Assembly (NCBI GenBank): GCA_046484865.1
Contig: JAWOID010000027.1
Location: 1-61,101, forward strand
Source of the DNA: Candidatus Krumholzibacteriia bacterium
Lineage (GTDB): Bacteria > Krumholzibacteriota > Krumholzibacteriia > LZORAL124-64-63
Direction of reading: 5' to 3'
Length of the DNA: 61,101 nucleotides
Shown: positions 1-9,778 of the stretch, piece after piece
Numbering within the stretch: the stretch's first letter is position 1
Layout: each line of letters starts with the position of its first letter
Position numbers and translations under genes: made by a program
Notes under the pieces: generated by a model
What the model was told of the DNA's origin: nothing
The model's database searches: none
What the model saw: the letters and a program-made list of their open reading frames with translations, nothing else

Positions 1-133
1 GTTCGGCCTTGTCCTCGAACTCGCCCACGATGACGCGGTACTTCAGACCCATGGCGTCGGCCCGGGACGTCGCCGGCACCAGCAGGCCGGCGATCGTCAC
101 CGCCAGCAGCATACCCGTGATCCTGCAAAGCAT
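1..133 (-). CDS. N-terminus of an exported protein, possibly CsgG/HfaB family (runs off the window edge)
   Basis: Not in the ORF track. The reverse strand reads MLCRITGMLLAVTIAGLLVPATSRADAMGLKYRVIVGEFEDKAE..., with a GAGAGG RBS upstream and a signal peptide. 'GLKYRVIVGEFEDK' resembles the start of CsgG-family domains. Only 44 aa are visible. Confidence 0.45.
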   Translation of the reverse strand, partial: MLCRITGMLLAVTIAGLLVPATSRADAMGLKYRVIVGEFEDKAE

Positions 134-590
134 TGGCAGATCCTCTCTTGCGGGCGAGGGCGCCCTGGTCGGAGTGGTTCGGATTGGCCGAGGGAGTGTG
201 CCTCAATCGGCGGCGAGGCTCAAGGTGGGATCGCCCTCGCCTGCGATTCCGGCCGCGCTCTCGCCGCCACGATCTGCAGAATGCAACCACTCCCCGGGAG
301 CGGCGGCGCCGGGCCGCCTCGCTGCTGCGGACCGCGCCGGGAAGCCATGCGCCCTCTCCCGCCGGCACTCCCCCTGGATGACCCGTGGCGGGCCGACCGC
401 TCCGGGCATCGTGCCTCACCCGAAGGGGGTGGGAACGGCGCTCCCCGGCGTCCCCTCACCGTCTGCGGCACGCAACGTTGCCTCGTGCACGTCGCCGCCG
501 GTGCAGGCGGACCCCATCATGCGCCCGCAACGACCGCGACGCGCCACCACGCGGAGGGGAACGCCGTCGCTGGAACGGCCGCGAGGGCTG

Positions 591-606
591 CGGCACGCCG
601 TTTGAA
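591..606 (+). promoter_or_regulatory. Possible sigma-54 (-24/-12) promoter for the 711-11761 operon
   Basis: CGGCACG-CCGT-TTGAA versus consensus TGGCACG-N4-TTGCW. Spacing is correct but -12 is GA rather than GC. Confidence 0.3.
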
Positions 607-710
607 GGGTACCGGCACGAGTGACGGCGGGCTGCGCAGCCTGCCCGTTCCACCGGATCGGGAGACCGGTCGCCGCTCGGAAGCGATCGGTCCAGCGAGG
701 GGAGACGACC

Positions 711-3700
711 GTGCGGTCGTTGCAACGTGTCATCATGATCGTCCTGGCCACCGGCGCGCTGGCGCTGTCCGGCATGGCAGGAAGCGCGGCGGCGCAATCG
801 TTCACGCGCCTGCAGGTCCTCCTGCCCGGTGAAACGCCGGCTCCCGGCACCGTTTCCGGCAAGCTCGGAACACCCGACGCGCAGACGGTCGGCGTGCCGT
901 TCGTCTGCGGAGTGCGCGCCTGCGACGATACCTGGAACACCGTGGCGGACATCACCGACGTGGTGCGGCTGGGCTCGTCCGACGCCGTGGCATCGCTACC
1001 GGGCGACGTGACCCTGGTCGCCGGCGAAGCCGAGGTCACCGTGACCTTCAACGCGACGGGCACCTTCGTGATCACTGCCGACGACCTGAGCGATCCGACC
1101 ATCCCGCAGGCGACGTCGTCCACGGTGGATGCGCTGGTGCTCAACGGCTTCGTCTTCGGGTCCATCAACCAGAAGAACCAGTATGCCGGTCACCCCATGT
1201 CCATCACCCTGTCGGCGGTGGCCCCCGGGGGCGAGGTCGTGACCGGCTACGACGGTCCGGTGCACCTGCGCCAGATCACCAGCTACGGCATCGGGCGCAT
1301 CGAGCCCGCCGTGGTCGAGCTGCAGCAAGGCCGGTGGAGCGGTCAGGTCACCATGTACCGCGCCGACGAGACCAGCATCAATCGCGGCAACGTGAACATC
1401 CAGGCCTACCTGGCGGAACAGCCGGCCAAGAACGGCACCAGCGATCCGTTCACCGTGCACCCGGGCACGCTGGCGCGGGTGCAGCTCGTGGTGCCGGGAC
1501 AGGATCCGTTGCCCGGCAGCATCAGCGGCGTCAGCGGTTACCCGGCCACTCAGGCCGCCGGCCAGGCCTTCCAGGTGGACGTCTACGCCACTGATTCCTG
1601 GTGGAACCCGCTGACCAGCGAGCATACCGTACGCATCGTCTCCAGCGATCCGGCCGCGAACACGCCCTTGACCGGTGCGCTGAGCCAGGGCCACGCCACC
1701 TTCTCGGTGGCGCTCGGTACCGCCGGTACCCAGACCCTCACCGTGGCCGACCAGACCTCCAGTGCGGTGACCGGCATGACGAGCGCCGCCATCCCGGTCA
1801 TCCCTAGCGGCGTGCATCACTTCGAGATCGATCCGTTGCCGGCCACGGTCCAGGCCGGCGAGCCGGTGACCGTGACCATCCGTGCCACCGACTCGGGCGG
1901 CAACACCCTGCCCGAGTACACCGGCGACGCCTTCCTGTCCGCCAACACCGGCGCCGCGACCATCTCGCCCGAGAGCATCAGGTTCACCGCCGGCATCTGG
2001 ACCGGGGCGATGGTCTTCCGCGGCGCGGGCGGGGCCGTGCAGTTCACATGCTCCGACTACTCGTCGCCGCCGCACACCGGCAGCAGCGGCAGCTTCGTGG
2101 TGACACCCGGGCCCTACTCCGGGCTCCAGGTCCTGGTGCCGGGCGAGCAGCCCCAGGGCGGTTCGGCCGACGGCCGCAGCGGCATCGCCGCCGTGCAGGC
2201 CGCCGGCACGCCCTTCAATGTCACCATCCGCGCGGTGGACGACTTCTTCAACCGCGTGCCCGGCATCGGCAGCCGCATCGAGCTGACGTCGACCGATGCC
2301 AACCTCGGCGCGCCGGCGGAGCTCAGCCTGAACAACGGCGAGATCGTCGTGCCGGTGACGCTGTACCGCGCAGGTTTCCAGACGCTGACGGCAGCGGATC
2401 TGGACTCCGCCGGTATCGCCGACGGCACGTCCAGCCGGGTCGAGGTGACCGCCGGCGTCTACGAGCAGCTCCTGATCCTCGCGCCCGGCGAGAGCGTGTC
2501 GCCCGGCGCCGAGACCGGTCGCACCGGCACCGCCACTGACCAGTCGATCAGCTTCGCCTTCACGGTGACCGTGCTGGCGGTGGATCACTGGTTCAATCCC
2601 GTGAGCGGCATCACCGACGCCGTGGCGATCACCTGCAGCGATCCGCTGGCGGAGCTGCCGCCCGACGAGGCCATGGTCGACGGTCGCGCCGACCTGAACG
2701 TGCGGCTGTCCACCGGCGGCTACCAGCAGATCACCGCCACGGCGGTGGGTGCTGCCGCCATCGCGCCCAGTACCACGCAGGTGCGAGCCATCTCCAGCGG
2801 CCTGCACCTGGAGGCCGTCGTCAGCCCCACGGTGGTGCAGGCGGGCGAGGCTTTCACGCTGACCGTACGGGTCACCAACGACGCGGGCAGCGTCATCCAG
2901 GAGATCAACACCCACGTCGACGTGGAGGTGCGCAACGCCGCCACGCAGGAGCCGGGACTCGGCACGCTGCACACGACCAGCTTCCAGATCCTGCAGGGGC
3001 AGCGTTCGGTGGCCCAGACGTACACCTGTGCGGAGACGGTCGTGTTCGTGGTCTACGACGAAGCCGGCAATCCGCCGGCGGTGACCGAGCCGCTCACGGT
3101 GTTGCCGGGGCCGCCGGCCACCATCCTGCTGACCAGCGAACCGTCCTGGGTGCGGGCCAACCGGCACGCCACCCTCACGGCCCGCGTGGTGGATGCTCAC
3201 GACAACGGTGTGCCCGACCAGGCGATCGCATTCGCCGTGATCGCCGGCGAGGGATCGGTGAGCGGCGCCGACGAGGTCACCGGAGTGCAGGGTACCGCGA
3301 CCGCCGACTTCCTGGCCCCGCTGAGGGCGCAGATGAGCATCGTGCGCGCCACGGCCGGCGGCCTGGCGGCGGACCTGGACCTCGAGACCGCCCTGGTCGA
3401 TCCCGATGCCGCCGGCGGCACCGTCACCAACTACCCCAACCCGTTCCATCCCGGCGAGGCGGCCACCACCATCGCGTACGTCCTGGACGGCGCGGCCCGG
3501 GTCCGCCTGCGCATCTACACCCTGAGCGGCGGCCTGGTGGTCGACCGCCAGTATGCCGCCGGCGAGGCGGGCGGCACTGCGGGTCTGAACGAGGTGACCT
3601 GGAACGGCCGCAACGGCGCCGGCGATCCGGTGGCCAGCGGCGGCTACATCCTTCACGTCGAAGCCGAGGCCGAGGGAGCCACCATGCACGTCATGCGCCG

Positions 3701-3722
3701 CAAGCTCGGCGTGGTCTGGTAG
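711..3722 (+). CDS. Large exported Ig-like repeat protein with C-terminal FlgD-Ig (T9SS-CTD-like) domain
   Basis: GTG start after GGGGAG; signal peptide ending AAAQ; four copies of a 'LQ(V/L)L(L/V)PGE...Q..G..F.V.V.A.D..(W/F)N' beta-rich domain; Big_1-like domain; C-terminal 'NYPNPFHP...IAYVL...LRIYTLSG..V...VTWNGRNGAGDPVASGGY'. Confidence 0.85.
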   Translation: MRSLQRVIMIVLATGALALSGMAGSAAAQSFTRLQVLLPGETPAPGTVSGKLGTPDAQTVGVPFVCGVRACDDTWNTVADITDVVRLGSSDAVASLPGDVTLVAGEAEVTVTFNATGTFVITADDLSDPTIPQATSSTVDALVLNGFVFGSINQKNQYAGHPMSITLSAVAPGGEVVTGYDGPVHLRQITSYGIGRIEPAVVELQQGRWSGQVTMYRADETSINRGNVNIQAYLAEQPAKNGTSDPFTVHPGTLARVQLVVPGQDPLPGSISGVSGYPATQAAGQAFQVDVYATDSWWNPLTSEHTVRIVSSDPAANTPLTGALSQGHATFSVALGTAGTQTLTVADQTSSAVTGMTSAAIPVIPSGVHHFEIDPLPATVQAGEPVTVTIRATDSGGNTLPEYTGDAFLSANTGAATISPESIRFTAGIWTGAMVFRGAGGAVQFTCSDYSSPPHTGSSGSFVVTPGPYSGLQVLVPGEQPQGGSADGRSGIAAVQAAGTPFNVTIRAVDDFFNRVPGIGSRIELTSTDANLGAPAELSLNNGEIVVPVTLYRAGFQTLTAADLDSAGIADGTSSRVEVTAGVYEQLLILAPGESVSPGAETGRTGTATDQSISFAFTVTVLAVDHWFNPVSGITDAVAITCSDPLAELPPDEAMVDGRADLNVRLSTGGYQQITATAVGAAAIAPSTTQVRAISSGLHLEAVVSPTVVQAGEAFTLTVRVTNDAGSVIQEINTHVDVEVRNAATQEPGLGTLHTTSFQILQGQRSVAQTYTCAETVVFVVYDEAGNPPAVTEPLTVLPGPPATILLTSEPSWVRANRHATLTARVVDAHDNGVPDQAIAFAVIAGEGSVSGADEVTGVQGTATADFLAPLRAQMSIVRATAGGLAADLDLETALVDPDAAGGTVTNYPNPFHPGEAATTIAYVLDGAARVRLRIYTLSGGLVVDRQYAAGEAGGTAGLNEVTWNGRNGAGDPVASGGYILHVEAEAEGATMHVMRRKLGVVW

Positions 3723-3733
3723 GAGGCGCCGAC

Positions 3734-4993
3734 ATGTTGCAGCGACATCATCCATCCCTTCGCATCCTGCCGGCGCTGCTCGGACTGGCCGTCCTGCTGG
3801 CGGCCCCGGTCGCACCGGCCGCCGAGCCCGACGAGGGTGTGGCCGGCGACTGGCTCACCCGCTTCGCCGGAGCCCGCACCGTGGGCATGGGCGGGGCCTT
3901 CGTGGCCGTGGCCGACGACGCCACGGGCCCCCTCTGGAATCCGGCCGGCCTGCGCTGGCTGGACCAGAACGAGGTCCAGTTCGGCAGCGTCCGTATGTTC
4001 GAGGACACCGCGGTGAACGGGCTGAGCTTCGCCGTGCCGGTGAGCGGTGGCTCCACGGTGGGGTTCACGTTCCTCACCCTGGGCTCGGGTGAATTCGAGC
4101 GCACCAGCGAGCTGAACGAGCCGCTCGGAGACTTCAGCGAGAACGACTACGCCTTCCTGCTCTCCGTCGCTCGCGCCGTGGGCGAACGCCTGGCGCTCGG
4201 CGTGAACCTGAAGGTGGTCCACCACGGTATCGAGGAGTACTCGGCCACCGGCGCCGGTACCGACCTGGGAGCCCAGTTCCGGCTCACCGATGCGCTCACC
4301 GTGGGCGCCTGCGCCCTGAACCTGGGCGGTCCGACGCTCACGCTGCGCGAGCGCGACGAGGAGTTCCCCACCGAGCTGCGCGGCGGTGTCGCCTGGCACC
4401 TGCTCCACGGCGCGGCCCTGATCTCCACCGAGGCCGTGCAGCGCGACGGACCGGGCATGCTGGCCCGGGCGGGCGCCGAGGTCTGGCTGCAGCACCGGCT
4501 GGCGCTGCGCGTGGGCTACTACGACGAGAACGTGGCCGGCGGCTTCGGCTATCGCTTCGCCGATGCCTGGCAGTTCGATTACGGCGCCTCCGACCATGAG
4601 CTGGGCGTCGTGCACCGTTTCGGCCTCGCCTACCGGTTCGGCGGCTACCACGCCAGCTCGCGGGCCACGCCGGAGATCTTCTCGCCCACCGGCCGGCGGC
4701 CGGTCACCCGCTTCGAGCTCGCCGCGCGCACGAAGGCCGAGGCGAGCGAGTGGCGGCTCGAGATCGTCGATCGTTCCGACCAGGACGTGCGGGTGTTCGG
4801 TGGGCGCGGGGCTCCGCCGGCGCAGGTGGTCTGGGACGGCAAGGACGCCACCGGCCTGCCGCTGTCCGACGGCCTGTACCGCTACCGGCTGACCGTCCGC
4901 GACGCGCTCGGTCGCCAGCTGACCAGTCCGCAAGGCGTGGTCGAGATCAACACCAGCGGTCCGGACATCTCCGTGCCCGTCGAGGTCCATTGA
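3734..4993 (+). CDS. PorV/PorQ (FadL-like) outer-membrane beta-barrel fused to a C-terminal FlgD-like domain
   Basis: Signal peptide; hallmark 'GARTVGMGGAFVAVADDATGPLWNPAGL'; alternating beta strands ending 'HRFGLAYRF'; then 'WRLEIVD...VVWDGKDATG.PLSDGLYRYRL'. Confidence 0.85.
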   Translation: MLQRHHPSLRILPALLGLAVLLAAPVAPAAEPDEGVAGDWLTRFAGARTVGMGGAFVAVADDATGPLWNPAGLRWLDQNEVQFGSVRMFEDTAVNGLSFAVPVSGGSTVGFTFLTLGSGEFERTSELNEPLGDFSENDYAFLLSVARAVGERLALGVNLKVVHHGIEEYSATGAGTDLGAQFRLTDALTVGACALNLGGPTLTLRERDEEFPTELRGGVAWHLLHGAALISTEAVQRDGPGMLARAGAEVWLQHRLALRVGYYDENVAGGFGYRFADAWQFDYGASDHELGVVHRFGLAYRFGGYHASSRATPEIFSPTGRRPVTRFELAARTKAEASEWRLEIVDRSDQDVRVFGGRGAPPAQVVWDGKDATGLPLSDGLYRYRLTVRDALGRQLTSPQGVVEINTSGPDISVPVEVH

Positions 4994-5027
4994 CGTGCGC
5001 TCCGGTCTGCCTGCGAGAGGAAACGTG

Positions 5028-8000
5028 ATGTGTCACGGGGTGAAATCTGGTCGTTTCGCTCGCCGCGCGATCCTCGTGCTGACCGCGCTCGTCGCGGCGG
5101 CCGGTGCGAGCTTCGGCGAGAGTGCGCCGGCCTCGGCCGGCACCCAGGCGCAGGCAGACCGGGACCGGGCCGGCCCGACGCTGGCGAGCATCGGTGAGAC
5201 CCTCGATGCGGCCCGGAACCTGGTGGGCGAAGAACGCGAGAGCGCCGTCCGTCGCGCGCTCGAGGGACTCGCCGAGATCGAGCGTCGGAACGGGACCACA
5301 CGCGACCGGCGAGCCGCGCTCGACCTGCTGCGGGGCGATCTGCTGACCGAGCTGGGAGATCCCGGCGCCGCCGAGCGCAGCTTCCGCAAGGCCATGGACG
5401 CGGCCGGCACCGGCGATCTCGCCGCCGCCGCCGAGTTCGCCCGCATCCGCGCAGCCGAGTCGGCCGGCCGGGAAGCCGACGCCGAGCGCGACTGGCAGCG
5501 CTGGCTCGAACGGTACGGTGACCATGCCCTCGCTCCGGACGCCGGAATGTCGCTGACCTGGAATTGCCTACGACGAGGCGACCTGGCGCAGGCCCAGCGC
5601 GCCTTCGACACCGCGACCGCGCGTCATCCGTGGCTCGATGACGAGCCCCGCTGCGCCCTGCTGGCGGCCACGCTCGCGCTGCTGCAGGACCGGCCGGACG
5701 AGGCCGCGGCGCACCTCGAGGGTCTGCCCGAGACGGCGCAGGTGCTGTACGTGCGTGCTCTCGCCCGCCTGGCGGCCGGAGAGTACCTGTCGGCCGCGGC
5801 GGTCTTCCAGCAGGTGGCCGTGCGCCACCCGTCCTCGCCGCTGCGCGACCCGGCGCTGCTGGCCAAGGCCAACGTCTTCCTGACCACCGGCGCCCACGGC
5901 AGTGCGGCCGAGGAGTTCGCGCGCGTGGCGGCGGCCGTGGAGTCGCCACCGGTGCGGGCCGAGGCGGCCCTGAGGCACGCCGCGGCGCTGCTGCTGGATG
6001 GCGACGCGGCGGAGGCGGCCGTCCGTCTGCGCGCGGTGGTCGCGGCGAACCGCGGCACGGACGTCGGCGCGCGAGCGCAGTATCTGCTGGCCGAGGCTCT
6101 GGTCATGCAGGACCGTCATCAGGATGCCGTGGTGGAGTACACCGGCGTGCTGGCGGAGTACTTCGATCAGGCCATCGCCGCCAGCGCGCAATACCGGCTG
6201 GGACGCTGCTTCGACGCCCTGGGACGCGCCACTGACGCCACGTCGTCGTACATGGCGGTCGTGCGCGGCTATCCTCTGGAGCCGGAGGCTCCCGCGGCGG
6301 CCTACCTGGCCGGCGTGAGCCTGATGGATGCCGGGCGTCCGGCCGACGCCGCGCCCTACTTCCAGCTCGTGCTCGACCGCTACACCCGCACCGACAGCGA
6401 CAGCACGGCCGTCGTCTTCGCCGCTCCCGAGCACATGGAGCTGGTGGAAGCCGCGCTGTGCCTGCTGCAGCTCGCCTATCACCGCACCGGCGACCTCGGA
6501 CGCCTCTCGGGCGCCCCGCACCTGCTGCTGGAGCGCATGCCCGCCAGCCGATCGCCATGGCGCGGATACGCCCTGCTCATCGATGCCGACGCCCTGGCGG
6601 CGCAGGGACGCCACGCCGAGGCGCGCGGCGCCCTGGAGAGACTGTTCGCCGATCATCCCGCCCATGCGGGCCGGGCGCCCGCGCACCAGCTGCTGGCGTG
6701 GATCTACGCCCAGCAAGGCGAGAGCGAGCTGGCCCTGGCCGAGACCCAGCGCATGCTGACCGAGACCGGGGGCGGGGTGGCCGAAGCCGCCGTGGCCACC
6801 GCCGGTCTGAACATCGCGCACGTGCACTTCAACGAGCAGCGTTACCTGGAGGCGGTGGCGGCGTACGGCGACTTCTGCGCGCGCTGGCCGGACGATCCGC
6901 GCAGCGGACTGGCTCTCTACCAGGCCGGCCTGTGCTACATGCGTTTGGAGCGCAACGGCGACGCCGTCGACCGCTGGGAGCGGCTCGTGCAGCAGGACCC
7001 CGACGCGCCGATCGCCGAGCGGGCCTGGGCCCGGGCCGGCGACCTCTACTTCCGCACCGGCCACTACGACGATGCCCGCCGGTCGTACGAGGGGCTCCTG
7101 GCACACTTCGCCGGCAGTCCGGCCGCGGTGCTCGGGCGCTTGCGCGTGGCTCAGTGCCTGTTCAATGCCGGCCAGGACAGCCTGGCGCTGGAGGCCTATG
7201 CGGGCTTCCTGAAGCGCCACGCCGACTCGCCGCTGGCGCGCGACGCCGAGCGCGGTCTCGAGACCACACTCTACCGGCTGGGCCAGGGGCCCGACGGCGT
7301 GGCGGCGCTGAGCGCCCTCGTGGAGCGTCATCCCGGCAGCGCCTTCGCGGCCGATGCCCAGTTCGAGATCGCTCGCCGGCTGTACGAGCAGGAACGATTC
7401 GTAGAAGCCGCGGCGGAATTCCGTCGGGTGGTCAGTCGCTTCCCGGGCTACGCCGCGGCCGACCAGGCTCAGTACCTCATGGGCGAGGCCTACGTCCAGG
7501 CCGGGGACAGCGCGCAGGCCCGCGGCGCCTTCGAGCAGTTCCAGCTCTTCTTCGGCACGAGCGACCTGCGCCCCTCCGCCAGCTTGCAGCTGGGAAGCCT
7601 CTACTTCGCGGCCGGCGACTATGCGCGCGCCGCCGTGCAGTTCGCGGATCTGCTCACGCAGGACGTTCCTGCCGAGACGGCGTCGGCCTCGCTCTACAAC
7701 CTGGCGCTCTGCCGCCGCCTGCTGGGCGACGCGGAGCGGGCGGTCGCCGATCTCGAGCGCTACCGCAGCCTGTACCCCGACGACTCCCGCGCGCTGGAGG
7801 TGGCCTACCAGCTCGGCGATCTCCACGGCGAGCTGGGCGACCACCCGCGGGCGGTCCAGGAGCTGGAGCGGGCCCTGGCCGCCCGGCCGCCGGCAGGTCT
7901 GGCGGCGGAGATCCGCTTCCGGCTCGGAGACTGCCACGAACGTGCCGGCGACCCCGAACGCGCCGTGGAGGCGTATCGGGCGGCGTCCGGCCAGGGAGCC

Positions 8001-8177
8001 AGCGACGATCCCTTCCGGCTCTCGGCCGTGGCCCGGTGTGCCGCGCTCTACGAGGAACTGGAGCTGTACGACAAGGCCCTGCAGGCGTACCGGGATCTCG
8101 CCCGGAACGCCGGCGATCCCGAACTGGCGGCAGCCGCCGCCGACCGGGCCTCGGAACTGGCCGCCGCGGTACAGTAG
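5028..8177 (+). CDS. Large periplasmic tetratricopeptide-repeat protein (BamD/CpoB-like repeats)
   Basis: Signal peptide; many TPR-like units (AQYLLAE, AQYRLGR, ALYQAGL, AQYLMGE, SLYNLAL) separated by 'YP/HP/FP' turns; GAGAGG RBS before 5025/5028. Confidence 0.85.
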   Translation: MCHGVKSGRFARRAILVLTALVAAAGASFGESAPASAGTQAQADRDRAGPTLASIGETLDAARNLVGEERESAVRRALEGLAEIERRNGTTRDRRAALDLLRGDLLTELGDPGAAERSFRKAMDAAGTGDLAAAAEFARIRAAESAGREADAERDWQRWLERYGDHALAPDAGMSLTWNCLRRGDLAQAQRAFDTATARHPWLDDEPRCALLAATLALLQDRPDEAAAHLEGLPETAQVLYVRALARLAAGEYLSAAAVFQQVAVRHPSSPLRDPALLAKANVFLTTGAHGSAAEEFARVAAAVESPPVRAEAALRHAAALLLDGDAAEAAVRLRAVVAANRGTDVGARAQYLLAEALVMQDRHQDAVVEYTGVLAEYFDQAIAASAQYRLGRCFDALGRATDATSSYMAVVRGYPLEPEAPAAAYLAGVSLMDAGRPADAAPYFQLVLDRYTRTDSDSTAVVFAAPEHMELVEAALCLLQLAYHRTGDLGRLSGAPHLLLERMPASRSPWRGYALLIDADALAAQGRHAEARGALERLFADHPAHAGRAPAHQLLAWIYAQQGESELALAETQRMLTETGGGVAEAAVATAGLNIAHVHFNEQRYLEAVAAYGDFCARWPDDPRSGLALYQAGLCYMRLERNGDAVDRWERLVQQDPDAPIAERAWARAGDLYFRTGHYDDARRSYEGLLAHFAGSPAAVLGRLRVAQCLFNAGQDSLALEAYAGFLKRHADSPLARDAERGLETTLYRLGQGPDGVAALSALVERHPGSAFAADAQFEIARRLYEQERFVEAAAEFRRVVSRFPGYAAADQAQYLMGEAYVQAGDSAQARGAFEQFQLFFGTSDLRPSASLQLGSLYFAAGDYARAAVQFADLLTQDVPAETASASLYNLALCRRLLGDAERAVADLERYRSLYPDDSRALEVAYQLGDLHGELGDHPRAVQELERALAARPPAGLAAEIRFRLGDCHERAGDPERAVEAYRAASGQGASDDPFRLSAVARCAALYEELELYDKALQAYRDLARNAGDPELAAAAADRASELAAAVQ

Positions 8178-8208
8178 CGGTCGCAAACGGTAGCAAGGAG
8201 CGAACGCC

Positions 8209-8931
8209 ATGTTCGTCGAGTTCGACTGGACCCGTGCCGCGATGGAGAGCCCGATCCTGCTGATCCTGGGCGGCTGCAGCGTCGTCGCCCTGGGCGCGGC
8301 TCTCGAGCGCGTCCTCTACTTCCGGCGGCGGCAAGGTGATCCTGACCGCACCCTGCTGCAGGCGCTCGAGCATGTGCGTCACGGCCGTCTGGCCGATGCG
8401 ATCGCGGTGTGCGAGACGTCACCACATCCGCTGGGCGCGGCGGCGACGGCGGTGCTGACGGCGTTCCACCGCCCGCAGAGCGAGATCGAGGAGCGCCTGC
8501 AGATCGCGCTCAGCGAGCAGAAGCTGCTGCTCGAGCGTAACGTCGGCACGCTGGGCACGATGGCGGCGGTGGCGCCGCTCATCGGGCTTCTGGGCACCGT
8601 CTGGGGCATCATGCGGGCCTTCCACGACATGGCTGCCACCGGATCCGCCGCGCCCTCGGTGGTGGCCGCGGGCGTGGCCGAGGCGCTGGTGACCACCGCC
8701 GGCGGGCTCGTGATCGCGGTGCCGGCGCTGCTCCTGTTCAACCACTTCACCCGGCGCCTGAACATCATGCTGACGGTGGCGGAGAACCACGCGCGCAGCG
8801 TGCGGGCAGCAGCCCGCGAGCACGAGAGCGGCCCGCCTCCGGGCGGCCGTCGCATCGAGCGGCAGACGACCGGCGTCGCGGACGCACAGCGCGAGAACCG
8901 CAGCGAGCCGGTCGGCTCGCCGGCAGCGTGA
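8209..8931 (+). CDS. exbB: MotA/TolQ/ExbB proton channel protein
   Basis: 'APLIGLLGTVWGIM' and 'AEALVTTAGGLVIAVPA' transmembrane motifs; AAGGAG RBS. Confidence 0.92.
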   Translation: MFVEFDWTRAAMESPILLILGGCSVVALGAALERVLYFRRRQGDPDRTLLQALEHVRHGRLADAIAVCETSPHPLGAAATAVLTAFHRPQSEIEERLQIALSEQKLLLERNVGTLGTMAAVAPLIGLLGTVWGIMRAFHDMAATGSAAPSVVAAGVAEALVTTAGGLVIAVPALLLFNHFTRRLNIMLTVAENHARSVRAAAREHESGPPPGGRRIERQTTGVADAQRENRSEPVGSPAA

Positions 8932-8940
8932 GGTCAGTCC

Positions 8941-9354
8941 ATGATGCGCCCATCCGACGACCAGGCGGCACGCAGCGGAATGACGGACGTGAACATGACG
9001 CCGCTCATCGATGTCTCGCTCGTGCTGGTGGTCATCCTGCTGCTGGCCACGCCGCTGGCGTTCGAGTCGAGCTTCGGCGTACGCCGCGCCGCCACGACCG
9101 CCCGGACGGCCGACGTGGCGGAGCCCGTGGAGCGGATCGAGCTGACCATCGTGTCTGAGGACAGCGTGCGGGTGAACCGAAGGCTGATCGCCCGGGCGGA
9201 CCTCGGCGTCACCCTCGGGCCGCTCGTGGAGCGCAGCGCCACCCGCCTGGTGACGGTGGTCTGCGCCGATTCCATCCGGCACGGAACCTTCGTCGCCGTG
9301 CTGGACGCGGCCCGTCTCAGCGGTGCGCGCGACATCGCCGTCGCAGGGAGATGA
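8941..9354 (+). CDS. exbD: ExbD/TolR family protein (copy 1)
   Basis: 'NMTPLIDVSLVLVVILL' with the conserved transmembrane Asp. Confidence 0.9.
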   Translation: MMRPSDDQAARSGMTDVNMTPLIDVSLVLVVILLLATPLAFESSFGVRRAATTARTADVAEPVERIELTIVSEDSVRVNRRLIARADLGVTLGPLVERSATRLVTVVCADSIRHGTFVAVLDAARLSGARDIAVAGR

Positions 9355-9355
9355 C

Positions 9356-9778
9356 ATGAGAGCCCCGCTGGTCCAGGGCCAGTCGCCCCTCACGCGCATC
9401 AACGTCACGCCCATCATCGACGTGGCCCTGGTGCTCGTGATCATCCTGTTGATCACCGCGCCCATGCTCACGGTGGCGGACCTGGACGTGAACCTGCCGC
9501 GTGCCCGTGCCCGCGACATCGAGGACCGCGACTTCGTGAGCGTCAGCGTGAGCCGCGGCAGGGTGTTCGCGGTGGACGACGAGGTGCTGGCGGACGCCGA
9601 TCAGCTGGCAAGCGTTTTGCGGGCGCACCTGGCGGCCAGGGGCGGCGCCGATCGGCTGGTCGTGGTCCGCGCAGACGCCGGTCTGGCGCACGCAACGGTG
9701 CGCGAGGCACTGGAGGCCGCGCGTGCGGGCGGGGCGACCCGCCTGGCCGTGGCCGTACGGCAGGGAGGCAAGCCGTGA
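9356..9778 (+). CDS. exbD: ExbD/TolR family protein (copy 2)
   Basis: 'INVTPIIDVALVLVIILLITAPM', 'VNLP', 'VVVRADAG'; starts 1 bp after the previous stop. Confidence 0.92.
   Translation: MRAPLVQGQSPLTRINVTPIIDVALVLVIILLITAPMLTVADLDVNLPRARARDIEDRDFVSVSVSRGRVFAVDDEVLADADQLASVLRAHLAARGGADRLVVVRADAGLAHATVREALEAARAGGATRLAVAVRQGGKP

Noticed and set aside
134..710. Riboswitch or ncRNA in the long intergenic region (also 34246-34551)
   Set aside because: No recognisable Rfam consensus by eye; an Infernal/Rfam scan would be needed.
996..3815. Long antisense ORFs (996-3815, 5568-8210, 28404-31325, 43932-46622 and similar)
   Set aside because: Shadow frames opposite well-supported genes; stop codons are rare at this GC content and codon bias.
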